Shown: piece by piece, positions 17,769 to 27,145 of the stretch
Position numbering within the stretch: the stretch's first letter is position 1
Layout of the letters: each line of letters begins with the position of its first letter
Notes under the pieces: model-generated
Seen by the model: only the letters and a program-made list of their open reading frames with translations
The model's database searches: none
What the model was told of the DNA's origin: nothing
Source: Pseudothermotoga sp.
GTDB taxonomy: Bacteria > Thermotogota > Thermotogae > Thermotogales > DSM-5069
DNA: 59,598 nt
Direction of reading: 5' to 3'
Assembly (NCBI GenBank): GCA_041640575.1
Contig: JBEPZZ010000007.1
Coordinates: 1-59,598 of the forward strand
Made by a program: the position numbers and the translations under genes

Positions 17769-19733
17769 ATGAACGATAATCACCTTAGAGACATTATACA
17801 AAGTTATCTAAACACTGAGAACTGGTTTGAAGCTTGGAGATATTCATCGAGGATAGAAAACAAAACTGCTGAAGATTATTTCTATATGGCGGTTTCTTGC
17901 AACGGTTTGAAAAATGTGCCAATGGCTTTATATTATTTGAGGAAGGCGAGGGATCTAAGCGAAAAATATTTGCATCTCTATGAAGAAGCTGTGAAAGAGA
18001 TTGGAAGACCGGAGAAACTTGCTATATTATGTCTCCCAGGGTTGGATAGTTTTATAAAGGATATCTATGAAGTGTTCAAAAACATATTCGAAACCAAACT
18101 TGTCATATCCAATAACGCAGAGCAGATAAAACAAGCTTATGATTGGGCTGACATAGTATGGATCGAATGGGGAAACGACTTGGCAGTCTTCGTTACAAAC
18201 AATTTTGAAAAGAAAGGCAAGAAAATTGTTTGTAGAATTCATTCATATGAAGTTTTTGCAGGTTTTCCATTAAAGATAAATTGGGACAAGGTAGACAAAT
18301 TGATCTTTGTGGCTAATCACATTCGCGAAGAGTTTTTTCACAAATATCCAGAGATAGGTTCTAAGCTTTTAAACAAAATAATGATTGTATCGAACGGATT
18401 GAACTTGAATAAATTCGTTTTCAAAGAAAGGCAGAAAGGTCGCAAAATAGCGACTGTTGCACTGATAAGGCATACAAAAAATCCTCAGATGTGGTTACAA
18501 GTGCTTAAGACTTTGCTAAGGAAAGATCCAAAGTATGAATTACACATAGCTGGAAACTTTCAAGACGTAGAATGCGAATATTACATGAGAAACTATATTC
18601 AAACTTTTCATCTAGAACAAAACGTTTTTTTCTACGGTTATATCAATAACGTTAATGAATTTCTTAGGGACAAAAATTTCATTTTGTCAACAAGTATAAG
18701 AGAAGGTCACCCATACAATATCATGGAAGCTTTAGCAAGTGGTATCAAACCAATTATTGGATATTATCCGGGAGTTTTTGAGCAGTTTCCAAAGGAACTT
18801 ATTTTTTCAGATTTCGAGGATGTTGTGAATATTGTTGAAGGTGAATATGAGTCAGAAAAGTACAGACGCTTTGTCGAAGATAACTATTCATTGGAAAAAC
18901 AAATGCTTGCTTTTTACGAGATTCTTCTCGAAGATTTTGATCGCAGAAAAACAAGTAATTCGAATGTGATTTCTGAAAACCAGCATCCCCAGAAAAGCGG
19001 TCAAACAGCTGTAATGATAAATTTTCCAAAGGATACTGATTCTTTCTTGAAATACTTAAAGGGTATAATATTCTCGAATTCTTTGTTTATAAACTACTCT
19101 ATGCAATCAGCTCTTCGAACAAGAATCGACTACCTCAAAGAACTTGCAAAAGACAAAATTATACTGCATATAGGCTTTGCCGACCATAAGGAAATAATAC
19201 GTCGAAAGATCGAGCAGAAAACATGGTTGCATGGAATTTTGCTTGAATTTTCCAAGGAATGTTGGGGAATCGACATCAATGAGGAAGCTGTAAATTTTGT
19301 TAAAAAAGATTTGGAAATAAAGAATGTCTTCTGCCTTGATATAGAAAAAGACGAGCTTCCTGATGCTTTCCTAAACAAAGAATTTGATTATGTGCTACTT
19401 GGAGAAGTTATAGAACACATTGGTAATCCGGTACTTTTCTTATCGTCCATAAGAAACAAATTCCTGGGAAAAGCTAAACAAATTGTTCTTACAACACCAA
19501 ATGCTTTTAGAATTGTTAATCTTCATTATGCAAGGCAGAATGTTGAGATCATAAACTCTGACCACAGATTTTATTTCACACCTTATACTATCTGCAAAGT
19601 TCTCACTGATGCTGGTTACGAAATAAAAATGCTGGATTTTGTTGAATCATATCCACCACCAGCTGAAAATGTGAACTTGCTGGCAGCAAATCCGCTAGTT
19701 AGAGATACATTGCTAGTTATTGCCCAATTTTGA
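17769..19733 (+). CDS. GT4 glycosyltransferase fused to a class I SAM-methyltransferase-like domain
   Basis: RIHSYE, SNGLN, STSIREGHPYNIMEALASG (GT4 EX7E). C-terminal ILHIGFAD, GIDIN, FDYVLLGEVIEH, TTPN. Confidence 0.82.
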   Translation: MNDNHLRDIIQSYLNTENWFEAWRYSSRIENKTAEDYFYMAVSCNGLKNVPMALYYLRKARDLSEKYLHLYEEAVKEIGRPEKLAILCLPGLDSFIKDIYEVFKNIFETKLVISNNAEQIKQAYDWADIVWIEWGNDLAVFVTNNFEKKGKKIVCRIHSYEVFAGFPLKINWDKVDKLIFVANHIREEFFHKYPEIGSKLLNKIMIVSNGLNLNKFVFKERQKGRKIATVALIRHTKNPQMWLQVLKTLLRKDPKYELHIAGNFQDVECEYYMRNYIQTFHLEQNVFFYGYINNVNEFLRDKNFILSTSIREGHPYNIMEALASGIKPIIGYYPGVFEQFPKELIFSDFEDVVNIVEGEYESEKYRRFVEDNYSLEKQMLAFYEILLEDFDRRKTSNSNVISENQHPQKSGQTAVMINFPKDTDSFLKYLKGIIFSNSLFINYSMQSALRTRIDYLKELAKDKIILHIGFADHKEIIRRKIEQKTWLHGILLEFSKECWGIDINEEAVNFVKKDLEIKNVFCLDIEKDELPDAFLNKEFDYVLLGEVIEHIGNPVLFLSSIRNKFLGKAKQIVLTTPNAFRIVNLHYARQNVEIINSDHRFYFTPYTICKVLTDAGYEIKMLDFVESYPPPAENVNLLAANPLVRDTLLVIAQF

Positions 19734-19817
19734 ATTCATTTTAAATAGATTGCAACAGCTTTTTTCATCAATTTTTTTGCAGGACCTTTTAGAATTTTGC
19801 TCGGTGGAGGTGAAAAG

Positions 19818-20546
19818 GTGGCAAATTACAAACCAGTTGTGGCACTTACATGTTCTCAAGTTGAAGGAACGGCTCGACTATTAGAGGATTATTACAAAGC
19901 AATTGAGAAGGCCGGAGGTGTTCCTTTAATTGTTCCATTTCTTACAGATATTGAAATTTTAGAAAGAATTTCTGAATTTTGTGATGGAATTTTATTCAGC
20001 GGAGGAGTTGACATTGACCCACTTTTATACGGTGAAGAACCAACAAAAGGGCTTGGGGAAGTCACACCGGAACGAGATTTTACGGAAGTAAACCTTTGTC
20101 AAATGTTTTTCAAGAGGAAAAAACCAATTTTTGGCATCTGTCGAGGTATTCAACTGATAAATATAGCCCTTGGAGGAACACTTTATCAAGACATAAACCA
20201 TTTTGATAATGTTTTGAAACACTATCAGCAAGCGCCGAGTTGGCACGGTACGCACAAGGTCTTTATCAAAGAAGGTTCATGGTTGTTCGAGATTTTTCAA
20301 AATGATGAGATTTTCGTCAATAGTTTCCATCATCAAGCTATCAAACAAGTTGCTCCAGTCCTTGCTGTAACAGCAAAAGCATCGGACGGAATAATCGAAG
20401 CTGTCGAGAGCAATGAAAAGGGAGTATTTATCGTTGGTGTGCAATGGCATCCTGAACGTATGTATCCAAAAAGTGAGCAACAGTTCAGATTATTTCAGTT
20501 TTTCATAGAAAAAGTAAAGCAGTTCAAAAAGGGGGAACTTTTGTGA
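19818..20546 (+). CDS. Peptidase C26 / gamma-glutamyl-gamma-aminobutyrate hydrolase family
   Basis: SGGVDIDP, GICRG.Q (Cys nucleophile), VNSFHHQA, GVQWHPE. Confidence 0.92.
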   Translation: MANYKPVVALTCSQVEGTARLLEDYYKAIEKAGGVPLIVPFLTDIEILERISEFCDGILFSGGVDIDPLLYGEEPTKGLGEVTPERDFTEVNLCQMFFKRKKPIFGICRGIQLINIALGGTLYQDINHFDNVLKHYQQAPSWHGTHKVFIKEGSWLFEIFQNDEIFVNSFHHQAIKQVAPVLAVTAKASDGIIEAVESNEKGVFIVGVQWHPERMYPKSEQQFRLFQFFIEKVKQFKKGELL

Positions 20547-21361
20547 AAATTTTCATTTCAGCAGATATGGAAGGAATTTCAGGTGTAGTCAATCTTTCAC
20601 AAGTTGAGCCCGGGACGAAAGATTACGACAGGTTTAGAAAAATGATGACCCAAGAGGTCAACACTTTTGTTGATGCAGCTTTTGAGTTTGGAGCAACAGA
20701 AGTAGTTGTCAACGATTCGCACAACACGATGGACAACATTTTGTTTGAAGAGTTTCATCCTCGAGCAACACTTATCAGCGGAAACCCAAAACCATTTTCG
20801 ATGATGCAAGGTATCGACGAAACCTTTGATTTAGTCTTTTTCGTCGGTTATCATGCGAGGGCTGGAACGGTAGATGCGATAATGGATCACACGTGGACAG
20901 GCAGGATTTTGTCCGTGAAAGTCAACGGTAAGTCGCTTAGTGAAGGTGGCTTGAATGCAAGACTTGCGGGATATTTTGGTGTGCCCGTTGCACTGGTTTC
21001 CGGAGACGACAAGACGATTGGCTGCCTGAATCAAGAGATTAACGATTTTGTACCAATTATTGTGAAACAATCACTTGGTAGATATGTTGCAAAGCTTCAT
21101 TCTTTTGATGTTATTAAAAGCAAAATACGTGAAGGTGTAAAACAAGTATTTGAAAAATGCGAAGCTTTCCGCCCCACAATAGAGACTGAGCCAGTACAAG
21201 TTGAAATTTCATTTGTGAATTCTTCATTGGCAGAGCTTCCAAGTCTTATTCCCGGTGTTGATCGAAAGGATGCAAGGACTGTTGCTTTCACAGCTCCCAA
21301 CTATATTGAAGCTTACAAGCTCTTTAGAATTTGTGTTGCCGTAAATAGTGGGATTAGATGA
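20543..21361 (+). CDS. dppA: M55 family D-aminopeptidase
   Basis: MKIFISADMEG, NDSH, GYHA, HT, SE, SGDD. Confidence 0.92.
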   Translation: MKIFISADMEGISGVVNLSQVEPGTKDYDRFRKMMTQEVNTFVDAAFEFGATEVVVNDSHNTMDNILFEEFHPRATLISGNPKPFSMMQGIDETFDLVFFVGYHARAGTVDAIMDHTWTGRILSVKVNGKSLSEGGLNARLAGYFGVPVALVSGDDKTIGCLNQEINDFVPIIVKQSLGRYVAKLHSFDVIKSKIREGVKQVFEKCEAFRPTIETEPVQVEISFVNSSLAELPSLIPGVDRKDARTVAFTAPNYIEAYKLFRICVAVNSGIR

Positions 21362-21510
21362 TTGCAAAATGTCAAAGTTATAGCATTTTATGTGGGCTGT
21401 TGCCTCACAAATTGAGACATTAGAAACTTGAAATTTGAAGAAACACTTTTGAAAAAATATTCTCGCTTTTGTAAGCAAAGTTTTCACACAAGAAAGTTAT
21501 CTGAAAGTTT

Positions 21511-21540
21511 TTGTCAGATTTGATACCAAAATGTTATAAT
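21511..21540 (+). promoter_or_regulatory. sigma70 promoter of the second TAXI operon
   Basis: TTGTCA-18-TATAAT with extended -10 TG. Confidence 0.65.
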
Positions 21541-21576
21541 ATGGCTATCAGTATAACCTTTCGGGAGGGATGATGA

Positions 21577-22509
21577 ATGAAAAGGCTGCTAGTAAGTGCT
21601 TTGCTGGTTAGTTTTATTATTCCGGTGCTTGCGGCCACGTTTTTGACAATCGGAACTGGTGGTACGGCGGGCGTTTATTATCCACTTGGCGCGGCTATGG
21701 CGGATATTTGGAACAAGAACATCAAAGGAATGAATGCTTCGGTTCAGTCAACAGGTGCTTCTGTTGCAAACATTAACCTTCTAAGAGCCAAGGATGTAGA
21801 TTTGATATTTGTTCAGAACGACGTGGCGGCTTATGCTTTCCACGGAATCGAATTGTTCAAAGGCCAGTCGTTCCCGCAGCTGAGAGGCTTGGCAACCCTT
21901 TATCCCGAAACGATTCAAATCGTTGCGCTTGCAGATAAGAATATTAATTCAGTGGCAGATCTCAAGGGCAAGAGAGTAGCTGTAGGTGCTGCAGGAAGTG
22001 GTACGGAAGTTAATGCAAGACATATTTTGAATGCGGCGGGTATCACTTACGACGATATTAAGGTTCAGTATTTAAGTTTCGCAGAAGCTGCAAGCAATCT
22101 GAAGGATGGGAATATAGACGCTGCGTTTGTCACTGCTGGTCATCCAACTGCTGCAATTGTTGATCTTGCAGCAGTTAGAAAGATAGTTCTTGTACCAGTT
22201 AGCGACGATATTGTAAAGACTCTGCAGGAAAAATATCCATTCTACACCAAAATAATCGTTCCGGGTGGGACCTACAAAGGTGTCGATTCGGACGTACAGA
22301 CTGTAGCGGTGAAAGCGATGCTAGCTGTAAGGGATGACATGCCAGCGGATTTGGTTTATCAACTTTTGAAGACAATGTATGCTAATTTGCAGAGATTAAG
22401 AGAAGCACACGCAAGAGCAGAGTTAATCCTTGTTGAAACTGGAAAAGAAGGAATGTCTATACCGCTGCACCCGGGTGCTGAAAGATTCTTCAAGGAGATG
22501 GGATTCTAG
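21577..22509 (+). CDS. TAXI-family TRAP solute-binding protein
   Basis: IGTGGTAGVYYPLG, STGASVAN, LYPE, PLHPGAERFF; signal peptide. Confidence 0.94.
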   Translation: MKRLLVSALLVSFIIPVLAATFLTIGTGGTAGVYYPLGAAMADIWNKNIKGMNASVQSTGASVANINLLRAKDVDLIFVQNDVAAYAFHGIELFKGQSFPQLRGLATLYPETIQIVALADKNINSVADLKGKRVAVGAAGSGTEVNARHILNAAGITYDDIKVQYLSFAEAASNLKDGNIDAAFVTAGHPTAAIVDLAAVRKIVLVPVSDDIVKTLQEKYPFYTKIIVPGGTYKGVDSDVQTVAVKAMLAVRDDMPADLVYQLLKTMYANLQRLREAHARAELILVETGKEGMSIPLHPGAERFFKEMGF

Positions 22510-22521
22510 AGTTTATTGGAT

Positions 22522-22980
22522 ATGCTGCGTTTTTTTCGAGTTGTTGTAGCAGTTATTGCAACAATCTTGACAAATTTTCAGGACGTGCCAATGTTGCAAA
22601 TAGTCAAGCAAGAACAAATTATTTATTCAACGTTACTTCCAGACAGAGAATTCGCCTTGGCATTCATTCATTCAGTTGAGATGACACCTGTATATGAATA
22701 TTACAGAATTGATTCAGATGGTTCTTTGGTTTTGTACGAAACAAGGTACAGTTCTTATGGAGCGGGATTGCCTTCTGAGCCCGGAGAGGGATTTCAAACT
22801 GAGAACGGTCAGTTTGTTGTTAAAATGACGAGGAAATTTGGCGAGATCTCTCTCCGGGTTTCTCATATTAATGGTCATGGAATACTTTTTAAAGACAAAT
22901 CTATTATGTTTAAAGAAATAGCTTCTGAAAACGAGTTGATAACCCTTCGGGCCAGATTTATGAGAATGTTTAAACAGTAG
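22522..22980 (+). CDS. DUF1850-type accessory protein of TAXI-TRAP operons
   Basis: FIHSVE.TPV.E.Y and SYGAGLP motifs; lies between receptor and permease. Confidence 0.8.
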   Translation: MLRFFRVVVAVIATILTNFQDVPMLQIVKQEQIIYSTLLPDREFALAFIHSVEMTPVYEYYRIDSDGSLVLYETRYSSYGAGLPSEPGEGFQTENGQFVVKMTRKFGEISLRVSHINGHGILFKDKSIMFKEIASENELITLRARFMRMFKQ

Positions 22981-22992
22981 TTTTAAGGAGGA

Positions 22993-24930
22993 ATGATTGT
23001 GGACGGTGAGAAACTTCCAAGTGAGGAACTGCAAAAAATTCTTGAAAAGTACGATAAAGAATCTACGTATCGTGTACCAAAAGGATTTTTCTTGAAGATA
23101 ATTATGGCAATTGCCATAACTTTTTCAGTTTTCCAACTTTACACGGCGGCGTTTGGTGTTTTTGATGCGATGATTCAGAGGTCGATTCACTTGACTTTCG
23201 GGTTAGTTTTGATCTATTTACTATATCCAATGAGCAAAAAATGGAGAAGAGACAAGGTTCATCTTATAGATGTTCTTTTGGCCATCATTTCGGCTTTTTG
23301 TGTTCTGTACGGAGTAGTGAACTACAGGGAACTTGTTTTAAGAGCCGGAACCGTTACAACTGTAGATTTTCTAATGGGTTTGATTGGGATTTTATTGGTT
23401 CTTGAAGCTGCTAGAAGAGTAGTTGGACTGCCAATAACCATTGTTGCTGGTTTCTTCATTTTTTATGCACTATATGGCCGATATTTTCCAGGTCTTCTTG
23501 CTCACAGAGGCGTTTCACCACAAAGGCTTGTAGGTCACCTTTTTTACACAACTGAAGGAATTTTTGGCATACCACTTGGAGTTTCTTCCACTTTTGTCTT
23601 TCTGTTCATTCTGCTTTCGGCATTCTTGGAAAAAACTGGTTTGGGTCAACTTTTCATAGATCTTGCGAATTCTATAGCAGGCCGTGCAAGTGGTGGACCT
23701 GCAAAGGTGGCTGTTTTCTCAAGTGCTTTGATGGGTACGATTTCTGGAAGTTCTGTTGCGAACACCGTAGGTACTGGGAGTTTCACTATACCAATGATGA
23801 AGAAGCTCGGTTACAGACCAGAGTTTGCGGCAGCAGTAGAAGCGACAGCATCAACAGGTGGGCAACTCATGCCACCGATAATGGGAGCAGCAGCTTTCTT
23901 GATGGCAGAGTTTACTGGTATATCTTACGGAAAAATAATCATTGCAGCTGCGATACCAGCGATACTTTATTTCTATGGTGTTTGGATGGGTGTTCACTGG
24001 GAAGCAAAGAAACTTGGACTTGAAGGTTTGCCCAAGGAAATGGTGCCAAAAATAAAAGATGTGATTTTGGAAAGAGGACACTTGCTGATCCCACTTGTGG
24101 TTATCGTGTACCTTTTGGTGACTGGTTATACACCAATGAGAGCTGCTCTTATTGCTATTATTCTTTCTGTAGCTTCTTCTATACTACGAAAGAATACAAG
24201 GATAAATTTGTTGGATATTCCAAAGGCTTTGGAAGCCGGCGCAAGAAGCGCTTTGAGTGTTGTTGCCGCAACGGCATGTGCCGGGATAATCATAGGTGTG
24301 GTTACTCTGACTGGTGTCGGCTTAAAGCTTGGCACGGCCTTGGTTGATTTAGCACGTGGTAATTTGCTGATAACACTTTTCTTTACGATGGTTACTTCTC
24401 TGATTCTTGGAATGGGAGTTCCAACAACAGCAAATTACGTTATTACATCAACAATCGCAGCACCTGCATTGCTTAGAATAGGAGTTCCGGTCCTTGCAGC
24501 GCATATGTTTGCTTTCTATTTTGGAGTCATCGCTGATGTTACGCCACCAGTCGCTTTAGCAGCTATGGCTGGGGCTGGAATAGCAAGAGCAAATCCATTC
24601 AAAACTGGCGTAACGGCTTCCAAGTTAGCGATAGCGGCCTTTTTAGTTCCATATGCCTTTGTTCTTTCACCGGAGTTACTGATTTTCTACATGAAAAGTC
24701 CTATGCATTTAATTTGGGCTTTGATCACTTGCATTGCAGGTTTGTTCGTCTTGTCTGGAGGTCTTGCAGGATATGTTTTCAGTCGTTTGAGCATTTTCCC
24801 AAGACTTTGCTACTTGATTGGTGGAATAATGATGATTGTCCCAGAATGGAAGACGGACATGATTGGAATAGCTTTAATAGCCTTGGGATTCTTAAGTAAT
24901 AGGTTCTTTGGAAAAGAGAAGCAGAATTGA
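22993..24930 (+). CDS. TRAP 4TM/12TM fused permease
   Basis: GGPAKVAV.SS, SGSSVAN, STGGQLMPPIMGAAAF, GMGVPTTANY, DVTPPVALAA. Confidence 0.95.
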   Translation: MIVDGEKLPSEELQKILEKYDKESTYRVPKGFFLKIIMAIAITFSVFQLYTAAFGVFDAMIQRSIHLTFGLVLIYLLYPMSKKWRRDKVHLIDVLLAIISAFCVLYGVVNYRELVLRAGTVTTVDFLMGLIGILLVLEAARRVVGLPITIVAGFFIFYALYGRYFPGLLAHRGVSPQRLVGHLFYTTEGIFGIPLGVSSTFVFLFILLSAFLEKTGLGQLFIDLANSIAGRASGGPAKVAVFSSALMGTISGSSVANTVGTGSFTIPMMKKLGYRPEFAAAVEATASTGGQLMPPIMGAAAFLMAEFTGISYGKIIIAAAIPAILYFYGVWMGVHWEAKKLGLEGLPKEMVPKIKDVILERGHLLIPLVVIVYLLVTGYTPMRAALIAIILSVASSILRKNTRINLLDIPKALEAGARSALSVVAATACAGIIIGVVTLTGVGLKLGTALVDLARGNLLITLFFTMVTSLILGMGVPTTANYVITSTIAAPALLRIGVPVLAAHMFAFYFGVIADVTPPVALAAMAGAGIARANPFKTGVTASKLAIAAFLVPYAFVLSPELLIFYMKSPMHLIWALITCIAGLFVLSGGLAGYVFSRLSIFPRLCYLIGGIMMIVPEWKTDMIGIALIALGFLSNRFFGKEKQN

Positions 24931-24952
24931 AGTATTCCTTCTCATTGTCTTT

Positions 24953-24979
24953 AGGGTACCCTCAGGATGAGGGTACCTT
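24953..24979 (+). other. Stable hairpin 3' of the TRAP operon with CAGGATG apex
   Basis: AGGGTACCCTCA-GGA-TGAGGGTACCTT; no immediate U-tract. Confidence 0.55.
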
Positions 24980-25010
24980 CATCTATTTTTGGATTAGGAA
25001 AACCATGGAG

Positions 25011-25037
25011 TAAAAAATCTACGATTTTGGTCGATGT
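25011..25037 (+). promoter_or_regulatory. Putative sigma28 promoter
   Basis: TAAA-N15-GTCGATGT. Confidence 0.55.
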
Positions 25038-25054
25038 TAATATTGGTGATGTTT

Positions 25055-26065
25055 GTGAGAATCGAAAATTATTGGGTTGACATGAAAAGTACGTATTTTT
25101 CTGAAAAAATCTACGAGAAAACAGAGCGGCTGCAAATTTCATTCAGTCAAAGGCAAGTAGAAACCCCCATTTATCCAAAACTTGAAAAACAAGTATCTTT
25201 GGAAAACGAAAATCCTTCACTGAAGATAAAGCTAAGCCAGAAAGATGAGCTGAAACTTAGAATAATAAAGTTGATATTTGAAAAAATGACCGGTATGAAG
25301 GTTAGATTAATTGTTTTGGAACTAGCTGACAAAGAGGATCCTGAAACAAAACCCGTAGAAGAGGCAAAGATTAATGTCAACGCCATACAATCCTTTCAGA
25401 ATAGTTTTGGTTTAATTTACAGCAAGTCTGAAACTTACACCGAACAAGAGAAGCTTTCTTTCGAAACAAAGGCTTTTGTTTCGACGACAGATGGGAGAAA
25501 GATAGAGTTTTCATTGAATTTTCAGCTGAGCAGATTGTTTTCTTTCAGTGAAAACTTTGAGCTTAGGTTGGGCGATGCTGCAAAGGATCCATTGGTGCTG
25601 AATTTTGATGGTTCTTCTGTTCAATTTTCGGACAAGACAGTGAAGCTAGATGTAACGTTGGATGGAATTTTGGATGAGTTCAGATTTGTTTCAAGAAATT
25701 CTGGTTTTTTGGTAATTGATTTAAATGACAACAATGTTGTGGATGATGGTAGAGAATTGTTTGGTCCAACAACTGGGGATGGTTTTAAGGAATTGGCGGA
25801 ATATGACCTGGACAAGAATCAATGGATAGATGAAGCTGATCCGATCTTCTACAAACTTAAAATTTGGTCTTTAGATGAAAATGGACAGTTAAAGTTGTTC
25901 AGTTTGTCCGAAAAGAACGTTGGGGCAATCTATCTAGGTTTTGCCAGAACAAGATTCGAACTGTACGACTCTGAAAACTTTCTTGGAAGATTGCAGAAAA
26001 CAGGTGTGTTTTTGACGGAAGATGCTAAGCCAGGAGTAATTCAGCAAATCGATTTAAGAGTTTGA
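25055..26065 (+). CDS. Conserved hypothetical protein with C-terminal Ca-binding (DxDxDG/EF-like) region
   Basis: DPLVLNFDG, GFLVIDLNDNNVVDDGRELFG, DGFKELAEYDLDKNQWIDEADPIF; start uncertain (25049, 25055 or 25082). Confidence 0.75.
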   Translation: MRIENYWVDMKSTYFSEKIYEKTERLQISFSQRQVETPIYPKLEKQVSLENENPSLKIKLSQKDELKLRIIKLIFEKMTGMKVRLIVLELADKEDPETKPVEEAKINVNAIQSFQNSFGLIYSKSETYTEQEKLSFETKAFVSTTDGRKIEFSLNFQLSRLFSFSENFELRLGDAAKDPLVLNFDGSSVQFSDKTVKLDVTLDGILDEFRFVSRNSGFLVIDLNDNNVVDDGRELFGPTTGDGFKELAEYDLDKNQWIDEADPIFYKLKIWSLDENGQLKLFSLSEKNVGAIYLGFARTRFELYDSENFLGRLQKTGVFLTEDAKPGVIQQIDLRV

Positions 26066-26171
26066 TGAACTCTCGAAGTTACAGTCACAAAGATGTGAGT
26101 TTTTTTACTTTTGAAGGGTTTTCTAATTCTCTCGAAAAATGGTATACTTCTTTTAACAAGGGGGTGATACC

Positions 26172-27128
26172 GTGAAGAAAAAGATTGTCTGGATTGTCCT
26201 GCCACTCGTAGCAATATTTATCTTTTCTTCATGTGCAACCAATTTGTTCTCAAACCTTGAGCTAGACAGACTTTTGACCAGCGGCAGCATTGAAGAACGC
26301 CTTAATGCAGCCCAACAAGCTTTAAGCGGCAAAAACTATGATGCAGCAATGATTTTGTCAGCATCAGTACTTAATGAATTGCTTGGACTTGATTTGACCG
26401 TGCAAGAACTCAAGAATCTTCTCAACGAAGAAGTTCTTAATGAGTTCACCAACGCTTTGGCGAATTTGCAGGATGAACTAAGTCAAGACGAATTAAGTGC
26501 GCTTTCAATAATGATTGAAGCTGTTGTAGTGAAATCTGGCAAATCGATAGTCGAGATAGCCGAAGAGCTGAGTGAAATTTTAGAGGAGCTTGGGTTTCAG
26601 CTTCCTTCAAAAGGCGAAGTCTATGTGTCTTTAGAGGATGAACAAGACAATCTGTGGGAGATTTTGAAGGGTAAGCTTCCGGAAATTGCACAATTACTTG
26701 CAAAAGTTTTTGACAATAGGCCTGTTTTGAAATTCTTAACAATTGCTTATCATCATTTGGCAACAGTTTCCGAAGAACCTGTAAACAAGTTCTATGCAGC
26801 ACTTGGAACTTGGTATGATATTGGTTTCATGTTGAATCTAGTCTTGGACAGCGACGACGATGGAGATATAAGTGACGAACAGTTTATTAAGGACGTGGTT
26901 CAAATAGAAGATCCGAACGATCTTGAAGCACTGTTGGAAGATACTGAAAGTGGATTATATCAAAATGAGCATGATTCTAATGAATTTATGTGGGGATATG
27001 AAAAAATTGAAGAATTTCTTCAAATAATTGGAGTGGAGATTGATCTTCCACCAATCGATGTTGAAATTCTTCCGCAAAAAGAGACACTCAAGGATCTTTT
27101 CGAATATCTAATTAGCCCAGAGTTTTAG
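26172..27128 (+). CDS. Acidic lipoprotein of unknown function
   Basis: Basic N-terminus, hydrophobic stretch and lipobox-like FSS-C; Glu/Asp-rich; DSDDDGDISDE motif. Confidence 0.72.
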   Translation: MKKKIVWIVLPLVAIFIFSSCATNLFSNLELDRLLTSGSIEERLNAAQQALSGKNYDAAMILSASVLNELLGLDLTVQELKNLLNEEVLNEFTNALANLQDELSQDELSALSIMIEAVVVKSGKSIVEIAEELSEILEELGFQLPSKGEVYVSLEDEQDNLWEILKGKLPEIAQLLAKVFDNRPVLKFLTIAYHHLATVSEEPVNKFYAALGTWYDIGFMLNLVLDSDDDGDISDEQFIKDVVQIEDPNDLEALLEDTESGLYQNEHDSNEFMWGYEKIEEFLQIIGVEIDLPPIDVEILPQKETLKDLFEYLISPEF

Positions 27129-27145
27129 ATGGGAGATGGTTAAAT

